Shown piece by piece: positions 43,915 through 54,305 of a stretch of 64,000 bases of DNA (position 1 is the first letter of the stretch; every line of letters begins with the position of its first letter). The notes beneath the pieces were generated by a model. It did no database searches. It was not told the origin of the DNA and saw nothing but the letters and a program-made list of their open reading frames with translations. Source of the DNA: an uncultured bacterium. Lineage in GTDB: Bacteria; Chloroflexota; UBA5177; JANWHV01. The translations under genes and the position numbers were made by a program. The DNA lies in contig CAWHAE010000010.1 in the NCBI GenBank assembly GCA_963827235.1, positions 992,001 through 1,056,000 on the forward strand, in the 5' to 3' direction.

Positions 43915-44450
43915 CCGCTAGCAGTCGCTACTCGTATACGCGCACGCCCAGGGTGACCTGGGGCTGGGGCTCCCTGACGCTGGGTGCGCTGCTGCTGCCC
44001 CTGACCAACATCGCGCTACTGGCACGAGGCTACCGGCTGCCCGGCGAGAGCATGGGAAAGAATGCCCGCGCCCTTGCGCTGGGGGCCGGCATGTTTCTCA
44101 GCCCATGGCTCACCGCTCACGAGCTGAGCGACGACACCCTGGTGATCCGCCAGGGTATGAACTTCGGCGGCCGGATCGCCTATGGCAACGTCGCCGCCGT
44201 GCACGCCACGGAACGCACGGCCTCGGGGTTTCCCATCCGCATCTACCGGCACACGCTGTTCATCGCTCTCTGGCCGGTCAATCTGGTGGCGATCCGGCTG
44301 CGGCGGCCCCAGCGATTCCGTCTGTTCCACGTGCTGCCCGTGTGGAAGATAGGCGAGGTCGTGTTGAACGTGGACCGGCGCGATGCGTTCATCGCCGACC
44401 TGCGAGCGCGGGTAGCGGCGGCCGACACGCATGCAGTCGAGGACCGGTAA
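43911..44450 (+). CDS. Membrane protein with a probable PH-like domain
   Basis: Two hydrophobic segments, then a beta-rich region; ATGA-coupled. Confidence 0.65.
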   Translation: MTASSRYSYTRTPRVTWGWGSLTLGALLLPLTNIALLARGYRLPGESMGKNARALALGAGMFLSPWLTAHELSDDTLVIRQGMNFGGRIAYGNVAAVHATERTASGFPIRIYRHTLFIALWPVNLVAIRLRRPQRFRLFHVLPVWKIGEVVLNVDRRDAFIADLRARVAAADTHAVEDR

Positions 44451-44456
44451 GGACGT

Positions 44457-44687
44457 ATGTACCAGCAATTCGCTCTCTCAGCCGTGATGGCCGAGTCCAC
44501 CGGCCGGCAGGTGCTGCTGCTGGCGCCGCTCGCGCTGATCTCGCTGACGCTCATGGTCGTGGCCCTGGTCGATCTGGCCCGGCGCGAATCAGTACGCGGC
44601 AGCAAGCTGTTCTGGGCCATCGCGATCGTCGTCGCCGGCACCCTGGGCCCGATCGCATACTTCGTCTTCGCACGGAAGGAGACGTGA
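44457..44687 (+). CDS. PLDc_N / YxlE-like small membrane protein
   Basis: ALVDLARRESVRGSKLFWAIAIV...GPIAYFVFARK. Confidence 0.85.
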   Translation: MYQQFALSAVMAESTGRQVLLLAPLALISLTLMVVALVDLARRESVRGSKLFWAIAIVVAGTLGPIAYFVFARKET

Positions 44688-45625
44688 GCGTGGCTGCAAT
44701 CCTCTGTGAGGGCCTCTCCAAGCGCTACGGCCGCGTTGTCGCACTCGATCACCTCGACCTGAGTGTGCCCGAGGGAAGCATCTTCGGCTTTCTCGGACCC
44801 AACGGGGCGGGCAAGAGCACGGCAATTCGTATCCTGGCCACGCTGAGCCATGCCTCGGCCGGCGACGCCTCCATTGCCGGGCTGAGCGTCACAGCGCACG
44901 CGGACGGGGTGCGACGCATGCTCGGCTACCTGCCACAGGAGCCGGCCTTTCCGACCTGGATGTCCGCGCAGGAGTTCCTGGAATTCGCCGCCGCGCTGAG
45001 CGAGGTGCCTGCCCGGGACCGGCGCGGGCGGGCCGCCGAGGTGCTCGACCTGGTGGGACTGGGCAGCTCCGCCAGACGACGCATCGGCGGTTTCTCCGGC
45101 GGCATGAAGGGCCGCCTGGGTATCGCCCAGGCGCTGATGCACCGTCCGGCCGTGCTGATTCTCGACGAGCCGGTGTCCACGCTCGACCCGCTTGGCCGGC
45201 GCGACGTGCTGCAGATCGTCGCCGGCCTGCGCGGCACCACCACGGTCTTTCTCTCTTCGCACATCCTGGACGATATCGATCGCATATGCGACCAGGTCGC
45301 CATTCTGGCCAAGGGCCGGTTGATCGTGCAGGAGACCATCCCGCGGCTCAAGGAACGCTCTGCGCAGCCGACCTTTGTGATCGAGCTTGCCGAGGATGCA
45401 GCGCCGCTGGCGGCAACCCTGGCCACATGCCCCTGGATCGCGTCGGCCACTGCCAGCGGGCGCACGGTGCGCGTGCTGGCACGCGATCCGGCCCGTGCCG
45501 AACGCGAGCTGCCGCGCCTGGTGCTGGCCGACGGCTACACCCTGCTGCGTTACGAGCAGGTGCTCCCCAGCCTGGAGGACATCTTCGTGCGCCTGGTGCA
45601 GCCGGGCAAGGAGGCGGCAGCGTGA
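44684..45625 (+). CDS. ABC transporter ATP-binding protein (YxlF-like)
   Basis: GPNGAGKS, FSGGM, LILDEP, SSH. Confidence 0.95.
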   Translation: MSVAAILCEGLSKRYGRVVALDHLDLSVPEGSIFGFLGPNGAGKSTAIRILATLSHASAGDASIAGLSVTAHADGVRRMLGYLPQEPAFPTWMSAQEFLEFAAALSEVPARDRRGRAAEVLDLVGLGSSARRRIGGFSGGMKGRLGIAQALMHRPAVLILDEPVSTLDPLGRRDVLQIVAGLRGTTTVFLSSHILDDIDRICDQVAILAKGRLIVQETIPRLKERSAQPTFVIELAEDAAPLAATLATCPWIASATASGRTVRVLARDPARAERELPRLVLADGYTLLRYEQVLPSLEDIFVRLVQPGKEAAA

Positions 45626-46392
45626 ACGGGTATCTGACACTGACGCGGAAAGAGCTGCGCGAGAGCCTGGCCTCGTACAGGATGCTGATATCGGCCGCCG
45701 TGTTCCTGATCGCCGGCATCAGCGGCCCGGTGCTGACCCACATGCTGCCGGACCTGCAGCGCAACTCGACGAGAAGCAGCAGCATCACGATCATCGTGGG
45801 CAAGCAGACCGTGGTCGATGCCGTGGATGCCTATCTGAGCAACATGGCGCAGCTCCCCATGGTGGCCGCGATCCTGCTGGCGATGGGATCGGTCGCCGAG
45901 GAGCGAGCACACGGCGTGGGCGCCATGCTCCTGAGCCGGCCGATCGCACGCAGCGCGTACGTGCTTGCAAAGCTGACAGGCCATGGGCTGGTGCTGTTGG
46001 GCGGCCTGGCGCTGGGCGCCATCGCCGCATTCTACTACATCGTCCTGCTGTTCGACGGTGCGCGACCCGGCCCGTACCTGGAGATCAACCTGGGCCTTGC
46101 CGTCACGCTGATCGACGTGCTGGCGATCACCCTGCTGTGCAGCACCCTGCTGCGGAGCGGCGTGGCGGCCGGGGGACTGGCCTTCGTGCTGTTCGTGGCA
46201 CTCTCGACGCTGCCGGCGCTCTGGTCGCCGCTGGGCGACAGCCTGCCCATGAGCATCACGGGCCACGCTCACGCGCTGCTGAGCGGCGCCTGGGGCGTGT
46301 CCGCTCTGCCGCGTCCGCTGCTTGGCGGCCTGCTGCTGGCGACCGCCTGCACCGCCGGCGCCTGCCTGGCACTGCGGCGGCAAGAAGCATAG
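45622..46392 (+). CDS. ABC-2 permease (YxlG-like)
   Basis: LTRKELRES, EERAHG...LLSRPIARSAYVLAKL; about six TM helices. Confidence 0.92.
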   Translation: MNGYLTLTRKELRESLASYRMLISAAVFLIAGISGPVLTHMLPDLQRNSTRSSSITIIVGKQTVVDAVDAYLSNMAQLPMVAAILLAMGSVAEERAHGVGAMLLSRPIARSAYVLAKLTGHGLVLLGGLALGAIAAFYYIVLLFDGARPGPYLEINLGLAVTLIDVLAITLLCSTLLRSGVAAGGLAFVLFVALSTLPALWSPLGDSLPMSITGHAHALLSGAWGVSALPRPLLGGLLLATACTAGACLALRRQEA

Positions 46393-46523
46393 CGGCCGAC
46401 GATTGCACCGCGCGGTGGCGCGGCCGTCGTGAGCGCGCCGTGGGGCGCCACACTACCTTGACTGCGCACACCGCCCTGCACGCCGATGGTGCCAGCGGTG
46501 AGGGTGCTGCCGCCGTTAGCGCA
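46201..46523 (+). repeat. Direct repeat A, copy 1 (permease 3' end plus about 130 nt)
   Basis: Ungapped match to 51477-51799; about 18 mismatches in 323 nt by manual count. Confidence 0.95.
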
Positions 46524-46929
46524 GAGCGCCGAGGCACTCGTGCCGTGAGGCTGCCCCCGCGGTTCATGAGCAAGTGACAGGAGCTGCTGGAGCCGTCGAG
46601 CGCCACCAGCGCGCCCGCCGCCGTCGGTCCAGCGGCGGCGGGCGCGGGACTGATGATCAGCACAGACCCCTGGGGCAATGGGGCGGTGAACGTAGAGGCG
46701 ATGGCCGGCGAGCTTTGCCCGAGCAACGCGTCATTGGACGTGCGGCCAGCGGCGGCTGTGTCACACGTCGAACGCCCGCAGTGCTCGCGCCGCCGCTCAT
46801 TCGCGATGAGCCGAGCGGCTCCCGCACCCACGCCCGAAGTGGGGGGAGCCGCTCAGGCCGAACCTCTAGGAAGGTTCGCGCCTATGGTAGCACTGTTCCG
46901 CTGCTTCGGCATGGCGGCGCGACAGCCGC

Positions 46930-47163
46930 TCAACCGAGATCGAACGCCGGCAGCCCCCGCGATTTCCAGCGCCGGTTCGCCCGCCACCGGGCCCGGCACG
47001 TGAGCCGCTTGTGGTGGTGCGGGGTCGCCTGCCAGAGCGCCCGCGCATCCGCAACGCGCAAGATGTCGCTGAGGCAGCGCTGGCAGATGGCACTTTCTCG
47101 GCCCTGCACCAGCAAGCCGGTACGCACTTCAGACTCGCCGCAGAACAGACAGTGGTCGATCAT
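46930..47163 (-). CDS. Stand-alone ClpX-type C4 zinc-finger protein
   Basis: HCLFCGES...LLVQGRESAICQRCL. Confidence 0.6.
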   Translation of the reverse strand: MIDHCLFCGESEVRTGLLVQGRESAICQRCLSDILRVADARALWQATPHHHKRLTCRARWRANRRWKSRGLPAFDLG

Positions 47164-47648
47164 CGTCCCCGCATGGAGGCCGCGAGCCGCGGGCCGCAGA
47201 GGAGACATATCGCGGCCGGGGCGATCGGCTCGGCAGCACGCCAAGCGCAGATGCGTCATCGCACGAATCTGAGCACTCACAGGGGTAGCGTCTGCGTAAC
47301 ACCCAGGAACGCCATTCCATCACACATCCCGTGTGAGTGCGCAAGCAACGGGCATCGATTGCCCATTCACGAGCGTTTCACACCGATGGCCAAACCCGCG
47401 CCCGCCAACATAGACGAAATCCCCCGGGCCTCTCCTGAAACCGGCGTGATTTCGATCGACGCTGCTACCCGGTTCGGACTGGAGGAGTAAGATAGATACC
47501 CCAGCCCGCCACCTCGCGCGCGGAAGCCTGATTCCAGACGGTGTGAAGTGGTCGAGCCGACGATCTAGAAACCCGGAAGATCGTTATCCGCGGGTAGAAG
47601 CGACGGACCAGCCCGGAGATCTCCAGGCAGCGCTCAGTTTGAGGGCGG

Positions 47649-48281
47649 TCACCACGGCGACGGCCTGTGCAGAGCCCTATTGGCCTTCTCGATCCCAGCC
47701 CCAAGTCCGGGCGGCGCCACAGGTGCATCGGGCGGCATCCACGGGCCCGGGTTTTTCGGAGGGAGGTAGCTCGCGGTGAGAGCGTCAAGTGGCTCGAGGG
47801 TCTTGTGGAAGTTCCTTCGGATATAGCTGACCAGGAGCACCGTCACATAGTCTACGTGAAGCAAGACCCGCCCGTTGATATCGGTGAGGTGCGCCGCCCA
47901 CAGGCCCTCAGGCATTGGCTCAGTTTGCTGCGACCTGGTCAGGTACCGCTGAACACGTATGTCCCGATACTGCAGTGCCTTGTACAGCTCACGGACCGCG
48001 CCACATATGTCCTCATCAGTCTGGTCTAGGTAGGGTTGTGCACGCTCAAGAGCAGTCCACGGTGTTAGGTTTGTGGATGGAGCGCCATCAGTCGTCTCCA
48101 GCGAGCATCGCAACAGAGTGCATTGAAACCACAACAATCCAAGTGCAAGACCCTTTTCAACCCGTTGCTGCTGCACTCTTTCGCGCCGGACGACCCAGTA
48201 ACCAATAGCGCCAGCGGTAGCGGCCGCAATTGTACCGACTGCGGTCATCGCAGACCAGAAAGCCGTCCACCATTCATACAC
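47649..48281 (-). CDS. Hypothetical membrane-anchored protein with atypical codon usage
   Basis: 210-aa ORF with N-terminal WTAFWSAMTAVGTIAAATAGAIGYW; lower GC than the core genes. Confidence 0.65.
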   Translation of the reverse strand: MYEWWTAFWSAMTAVGTIAAATAGAIGYWVVRRERVQQQRVEKGLALGLLWFQCTLLRCSLETTDGAPSTNLTPWTALERAQPYLDQTDEDICGAVRELYKALQYRDIRVQRYLTRSQQTEPMPEGLWAAHLTDINGRVLLHVDYVTVLLVSYIRRNFHKTLEPLDALTASYLPPKNPGPWMPPDAPVAPPGLGAGIEKANRALHRPSPW

Positions 48282-48566
48282 GGCTCACCCCTCAGCGAGG
48301 CACACAACGGCGCAGTTCGCGCAACGGACCGCAGCCACCGCACGCCGACTCGAGTGCGGCGAGCCGTGGAACTGAGAATCACGACTCACTGCCGGCGGCC
48401 GGGACCAGAGCCCGGCCCACATCCATCATCGCGCCAGAATGACCACAGTCAATGCGGACATCGGGAAAAGATTCACTTTAACGCACCCTATGCCAAGATG
48501 CGCCGCTTGAAAGCGCCCACGCAGGCGCGTACAATCCAAGCACAGGGCCGCCACAGGGCTTACCTG

Positions 48567-48639
48567 TGCCCCGGACTGGGTTCGGACCAGCGACCTCCCG
48601 TTTAGTGGACAGGCGCTCTTCCAACTGAGCTACCGGGGC
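48567..48639 (-). tRNA. Non-canonical tRNA-like gene, anticodon ACT, no encoded CCA
   Basis: GCCCCGG-TA-GCTC-AGTTGGAA-GAGC-G-CCTGT-CCACTAA-ACGGG-AGGTC-GCTGG-TCCGAAC-CCAGT-CCGGGGC-A. All four stems pair; C33 and C55 are non-canonical. Confidence 0.85.
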
Positions 48640-48648
48640 CTAACCTCA

Positions 48649-48692
48649 AGGATGGGTGACCGGGTTCGCCAAAACTGACGGTCACCCATCCT
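48649..48692. other. Perfect 14-bp inverted repeat just 5' of the tRNA-like gene
   Basis: aggatgggtgaccg-N16-cggtcacccatcct. Confidence 0.85.
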
Positions 48693-49054
48693 CTCTCAGT
48701 GGTGGATCGCGCCCACGTCCCTGACGTGGTAAACGGTGGCTGCTGTCTCTCATAGTCCCTGACCGCCGGCTCATCCGGCATTGCTCCCGATGTGGGGGAA
48801 GATCCGAATACGTACCAGTCTCCTTCGCGATGCACCCTAGGCTGCCTCACGAGAGCTGCGCTTACCTCACGCACGGGGGCAGACGACCGAAACCCATTGC
48901 CCAACCTGTGCGGCAAGTCCTGGGTGCAATCCCACCTGGCAGGCATGGTCTGACCAACGCAGACTTGGCTGGACCATCGATACCCGTATAATACACCCCG
49001 GATGTGCACACGAAAAGACGCACCGTTCGTCCGACCGATTCTTAGTACAAACGT

Positions 49055-49181
49055 ATGGCGTCAGAGGCATGGCAGTAGAAATGTGACACTTTATAGATGG
49101 CGTCAGAGGCATGGCAGTAGAAATGTGGCACTTTAAGGATGGCACTTTAAGGATGTCACTTTAAGGATGGCATTAAAGGGT
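49055..49181. repeat. Nested tandem repeats: 42-bp x2, then 14-bp (ggcactttaaggat) x3 plus a degenerate copy
   Basis: 42-bp units start at 49055 and 49097; 14-mers at 49127, 49141, 49155 and (degenerate) 49169; AT-rich context. Confidence 0.9.
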
Positions 49182-49267
49182 AGGAATAAAGGGCGTATCA
49201 ATCGAAGGGCTATGAATTGAAGGGGCATGATTCTAGATGGTAGTGCGAGCTCAACGATCTGAACGCC

Positions 49268-49699
49268 TCAGATTCTGGAGCGGTCGGCGGCGCAAGCAGC
49301 CCGATGCCAACTCACCGCCTCAGCCCTAACCTGCACCACCATGGCAAGCGGGTACCCCAACAGCGCATACTGGCACGCGTGAGCCGCCAGCATCGCCGCC
49401 ATGTACGCGGGCGAATCGCCGCTGCCCTGAAACCGGCACTGGGTTTCGAACAGGATGTTGCGACGCTCCCCGTGCGTCAGCGGGTCGGCGCTATCGCTCT
49501 CCAGAGCACGGCGCATGGCTAGGTTGCCATCGGTCCAGCGCTCCCATATGGGCAGCAAGTGCTCGTAGGCGTAAGCACACTGCTCGCTAGAATGCTCTGG
49601 TGGACCGCTCACCGAAGCAGATCCTCCGCAACAGCACTCGACGCGACCGACCATCGTCCGCACATCCGCGGTACGGCGTTCCGGAGCCACCCCAACCAT
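49268..49699 (-). CDS. Hypothetical protein, possibly a fragment
   Basis: Protein-like core CAYAYEHLLPIWERW; start unclear. Confidence 0.35.
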   Translation of the reverse strand: MVGVAPERRTADVRTMVGRVECCCGGSASVSGPPEHSSEQCAYAYEHLLPIWERWTDGNLAMRRALESDSADPLTHGERRNILFETQCRFQGSGDSPAYMAAMLAAHACQYALLGYPLAMVVQVRAEAVSWHRAACAADRSRI

Positions 49700-50148
49700 C
49701 GGTTAACTCAAGCGCATGAGCCTGCTTGAGCGAGCCTCACAAGGTCCATAATGGTCTTGGGCGTGGCAGTTGCCGGCATGCAGTGTCACCGCACCACACC
49801 CAGCGCGTAGGTCGAGCGCGCTACGCACCCCAACACGATCGGAGTCCGCCATGGACACGATCCGCCTCCTGGCTTGCATCGCAATGATGCTGGCCTTACT
49901 AGTCTCCGAGACCTACGTCGCCCACGAGGTGATAGGGCTCGCTACAAGATTGCTTGCCTAAGCGCATAGCACGCGAAGGGACTAGCCATGGACCCCTGCC
50001 CATTGGCCTGGGCAGGGGTCCATTCTTTGGTCAGCCCAGGCCGCTCTTGCAGTGTCACGGCCCGGGCACGGCGCCGAGAGTCGATCTCGCCGCACCCCAC
50101 GCCATCGTAGCACGCCTGGAGAAACTCGCAAGGGCGAGTCAAGCTTGA

Positions 50149-50545
50149 CTACCATACTGCCCGCCGCGGCGCCACAAGTGCGCTCGCCGCCGGCGGCATG
50201 GCTTCCTGCGCGGCCTGGCAGCGAAGCGCCAGGCTCATCAGATAGTCGTCGTGCCCCTCATTCTCCGGCACGTAGAATCGCATCTGCTCGTTGGCGGCCA
50301 ATTGGTACCGCGCCTCGTCAATCTCGAGCCACACTTGCCTCGACTCGGCCGCGTCGTCACGACCGTAGACCCGGCAGCGACCCGTGCCGGCCATGCCCAG
50401 TAAGTCGAAGCCAAGCTTCGACTTCGCCGGAGCCGTCAACACGAAGCGTTCCACAGCGCTCTCCCCGAGCGCACTCGCCAGCCACGAGGCCACGCCGGCG
50501 CCCAGGCCAGTCGCGTCGGCGCAGATCCGCACACATTCCACACCT
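50149..50545 (-). pseudogene. Phage terminase large-subunit nuclease-domain remnant
   Basis: ICADATGLGAGVASWL...FVLTAPAKSKL...GHDDYLMSLAL (RNase H-like DxTGxG and HDD motifs); no ATPase domain. Confidence 0.75.
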
Positions 50546-50609
50546 CGGTCAGCAGTTGGCCCGTAGCGTGGTGTTGCGTCGGGTGGTCGGCGCCGGTCCA
50601 ACTAAAGGG

Positions 50610-51230
50610 CTACGCAATCTCGACAGAGAGCTCCAGCGCCGCAGTCCGGGACAGCCGCGCCGGGGTCATCACGGTGCTGTCTCGCTCTGCGAGCAGTGCG
50701 CGCGAGGCCGTCTCGTACTGGATGCGCACGCCGCGCCGGTCGTTCAGCGCCATCTGCAGCGTGGAGAGCGTGGAGGCCCGCTGCCGGCGCGGCGCGGCGC
50801 CGCTCGCCTGGCGGACCGAGCGCAGCAGGGGCGCGAAGCCGGCGGGCAGCGCTTCCTCCGTGCGCGCCAAGGCGGCGCCCAGGCTGGCCGCGTCCAGGGC
50901 GCCGCTGTCTCGCGCGAACTGCAGTGCCGTCACCAGGGCCAGCGCTTCGGCGGCCGTGTAGCCGATCGCGGGGAGCTGGGGCAGTCGCGTGAAGTAGTAG
51001 CCGCTCCGCGCGCGCCGGATCTCGCAGCGCAGTCCGTGCCGCAGGACCTCCAGGTCTTTGTCGATCTGGCGCTCGCTGATCTCCAGGCGCTCGCTCAGCG
51101 CCGACCGCGTCCACTGCCGGGGCGCGTTGCCGATCAGCGTGACCAGGCGCAGGATGCGCGCGACGCGCTTGGTCTCTTCCAGTCGAGCGGCGTGCGATCC
51201 GGGCGCATCAGCTCGCCACGTGTCTTCCAT
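50610..51230 (-). pseudogene. HTH-WYL transcriptional regulator, truncated at the start of the WYL domain
   Basis: RVARILRLV...LSERLEISERQIDKDLEVLR, YTAAEALAL, LQMALNDRRGVRIQYET; homology then breaks off. Confidence 0.8.
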
Positions 51231-51476
51231 GATCCCAATCATATACCCGTACCGCGCCCCAAGCAGTGCGCGTTATCACAAGGTTTCACGCAGATTCCGC
51301 TCTGGTTGGAAACGTTCCATGGCACGGGGCCTGCGGTTGCGATCGCATGGCAGCAGAGGGGGGACTGCGGTCCCGGGTGGAGGGGGACGGTAGCCTCCAG
51401 CCGCGGCAGCCTGCGGTTGCGATGCGATTTCTCTGTGCCCAAAGGCTCGACCAAGGCCCAAGTGCTGGAAGCGAAG

Positions 51477-51793
51477 CTCTCGACGCTGCCCGCGCTCTGG
51501 TCGCCGCTGGGCGATAGCCTGCCCATGAGCATCACGGGCCACGCTCACGCGCTGCTGAGCGGGGCCTGGGGCGTGTCCGCTCTGCCGCGTCCGCTGCTTG
51601 GCGGCCTGCTGCTGGCGACCGTCTGCACCGCCAGCGCCTGCCTGGCACTGCGGCGTCAAGAAGCATAGCGGCCGAAGATTGCGCTGCGCGGTGGCGAGGC
51701 CGTCGTGAGCGCGCCGTGGGGCGCCGCACCGCCTTGACCGCGCACACCGTCCTGCACGCCGATGGTGCCAGCGGTGAGGGCGCTGCCGCCGTT

Positions 51794-51799
<6 letters not shown>
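51477..51799 (+). repeat. Direct repeat A, copy 2 (orphan permease 3' end)
   Basis: Matches 46201-46523 at offset 5276. Confidence 0.95.
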
Positions 51800-52245
<446 letters not shown>

Positions 52246-52924
52246 GCTGCGCACGGGCACGCAAATCTGGGAGGCTTCTTGCTCGTCCGAGCCTCGCCGG
52301 CCGAGGCCATGCGTGGGCTTTGTGACACTAGTTCCAACGTCTTGCCACGTAGTGTGTGATGGTCGCTCTCACCGACAGTGCCTGTGCCGGCCGAGCGGGA
52401 TTGCAGAGAGCATATGTATCCCCCTGCCCGAGTTTGCCGCCCACGCGCTGCGGTTCTCGTGTTATGGGCGTCATAGTCCCCGGGCGCATGGGTTGCGGCG
52501 GGCAGCTCGTGAATTGGCAGGACGACTGCGGTCCGGATAGCCGCCTCGCGCGCGAACACTGGAAGGCCTCGCCTACCGCGGCATGATGAGCGTGAGCAGC
52601 ACCCGGCAGGCCCGAGCGGCGGTGTGCCCAGTAGGGCTGGGCACACTGTCGCTCGAGCGGATCGCGGACCCAGCGTTTCGCGGTTGTCATCGCGCAACTT
52701 CCTGCAGTTCATCGTGTCAGCGCCGCACCGAGACACACCACTTGGCGCCGTCAAGCGGTCATGCGTGCGGCCTTGGTACGGGTTCGATACCCTCGTCGCC
52801 CAGCCACGCCAGGATACAGCATGACTGCGATCAACCCTACCAGCGTCCTCGTGTCGTACATGTCATTCTCCTTGCGGTTCAGCCCGAATGCCGACTCACC
52901 CATCGGTTGCTGCCTCGTTCCGGG

Positions 52925-53124
52925 GCCCGGCACCGGCAGGCGGCGCAGCCGGGCCCCGGGGCAGTCCGCGAGCGGCGCAGGGACCACGCTGCTCAGCGGC
53001 CAATCGTCAGATGGTATGTGACTGTTCCATCCCACTTCTGGGATGGATCCTTGCCACCAAGCTCGATCGTGTGCTGTCCCGCTACCAACGGAGCCAGCAT
53101 CACGTAGATGCCATCACCCACCGC
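52925..53124 (+). repeat. Direct repeat B, copy 1 (3' end of the secreted-protein gene at 57334)
   Basis: Near-identical to about 57266-57465, offset 4341. Confidence 0.93.
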
Positions 53125-53845
53125 GGGCTGGGTGCGGATGGCTCTCAGCCCGGACGCCTCCATCGCGGCAGTAGGCTACTACGACCGCACCCAGGTGGAG
53201 TTGTGGGATCTGCGGCTCGGCAAGCTGCTGCGGCCGGTGATCGAGAACCGGCAAGGTGAGCTGCGGGATCTTGCGTTCAGTCCGGACGGCAAGACGCTGG
53301 CCTCGGTCTGGTCGGACGGGACGGTCAGGCTGTGGGATGTCGTGCACCGACGCCCGTACGGCAGGCCGCTGACCGGACACATCGGCGCCGTGAATAGCGT
53401 CGCCTTCAGCCCGGACGGGAGGCTGCTGGCCACGGGGGGCGACGACTACACGGTGCGGCTGTGGAAGGTGTCCTGCGCCTGCGCGGACGGAGCCCCGCTG
53501 CAGCTGACGAGTTTTGTCAGCGCGGTGGCCTTCAGCCCCGACGGCACGCTTCTGGCGACAGGAGGCGGTGGGACTACCGTGCAGCTGTGGGATGTCGCGA
53601 CGCGCCAGCCCTTAGGCCCTCCCTTGCCCGGGCTGTCGCAGCCGGTGATTGCCGCGACTTTCAGCCCGAACGGCAAGCTGCTCGCGGCCGGCGACGGCAG
53701 CGGGAACATACACGAGTGGGACGTGGACCTCGCCTCCTGGCCGGCACGCGCGTGCGAGGTCGCCGACCGCAATCTCACGGCCCAGGAATGGGCAGAGTAC
53801 CTCGGCGACCGGCCCTACCACAAGACCTGCCCCGGCGCTCCCTGA
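53125..53845 (+). pseudogene. WD40 C-terminal remnant of a STAND-WD40 paralog
   Basis: Four to five AFSPDG...LWD repeats ending ACEVADRNLTAQEWAEYLGDRPYHKTCP, like the tail of the protein ending at 62919. Confidence 0.88.
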
Positions 53846-54190
53846 CTCCCGTGTGTCCGATCAGGAACCACCGGGCCTGGGAGTGTGCGCGGAGTTGAGT
53901 CATCGACGCCTGCGGTGCGCCTCGCCCGCGTTCGTCGCTCGTCGCTCGTCGCTCGTCGCCCGCCAGGCTGAGCCGGCCCGTCCAGGGGCAGATCGCCTGC
54001 GCCTACGCTCGCGATCACTGGCTGGTGAGGTTCGGTCATACACGCACTCCTCGAGCGGTCACAGCCTCAATCGCCGAGTGTGGCGCAAGGGGTATTACCA
54101 ACCGCACTGGACGCATGATGGCCCGCCCAGTGTGCATGAGTGGAGTAGGCGGCCGCCCTTCCCCATGTACACGGCACTCCCGCGGCCCAG

Positions 54191-54276
54191 TCGCTGGTAG
54201 ATCACCCGAAGGTTAGTCCGGTTCGTACCTGAAGGTTCGGCCAGTGCCAAGCGTAGCAACGCTGCGCACCGCTGCT
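54191..54276 (+). repeat. Diverged direct repeat C, copy 1
   Basis: Ungapped match of about 70% to 54982-55067. Confidence 0.75.
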
Positions 54277-54305
54277 CTGTCGAAGAGTTAGCACGATCCA
54301 GATGG

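Noticed and set aside
42812-46392. ECF sigma / anti-sigma / PLDc_N / ABC operon as a novel system
   Set aside because: It matches the known Bacillus sigY-yxlCDEFG layout.
46393-46760. Minus-strand Gly/Ser-rich reading (ALCANGGSTLTAGTIGVQGG), possibly a decayed surface-protein gene
   Set aside because: Frameshifted with no start, and too little signal to call.
48255-48390. Group II intron domain V (GAGCCG hairpins)
   Set aside because: The hairpins are too short, lack the GNRA loop and bulge, and no maturase is present.
48602-49009. 135-aa ORF from the track
   Set aside because: It overlaps the tRNA cloverleaf and hairpins and has no protein-like motifs or RBS.
49055-49181. CRISPR mini-array
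   Set aside because: Units are head-to-tail with no unique spacers.
53932-53959. (tcgtcgc)x4 microsatellite
   Set aside because: Short, intergenic and with no evident functional context.
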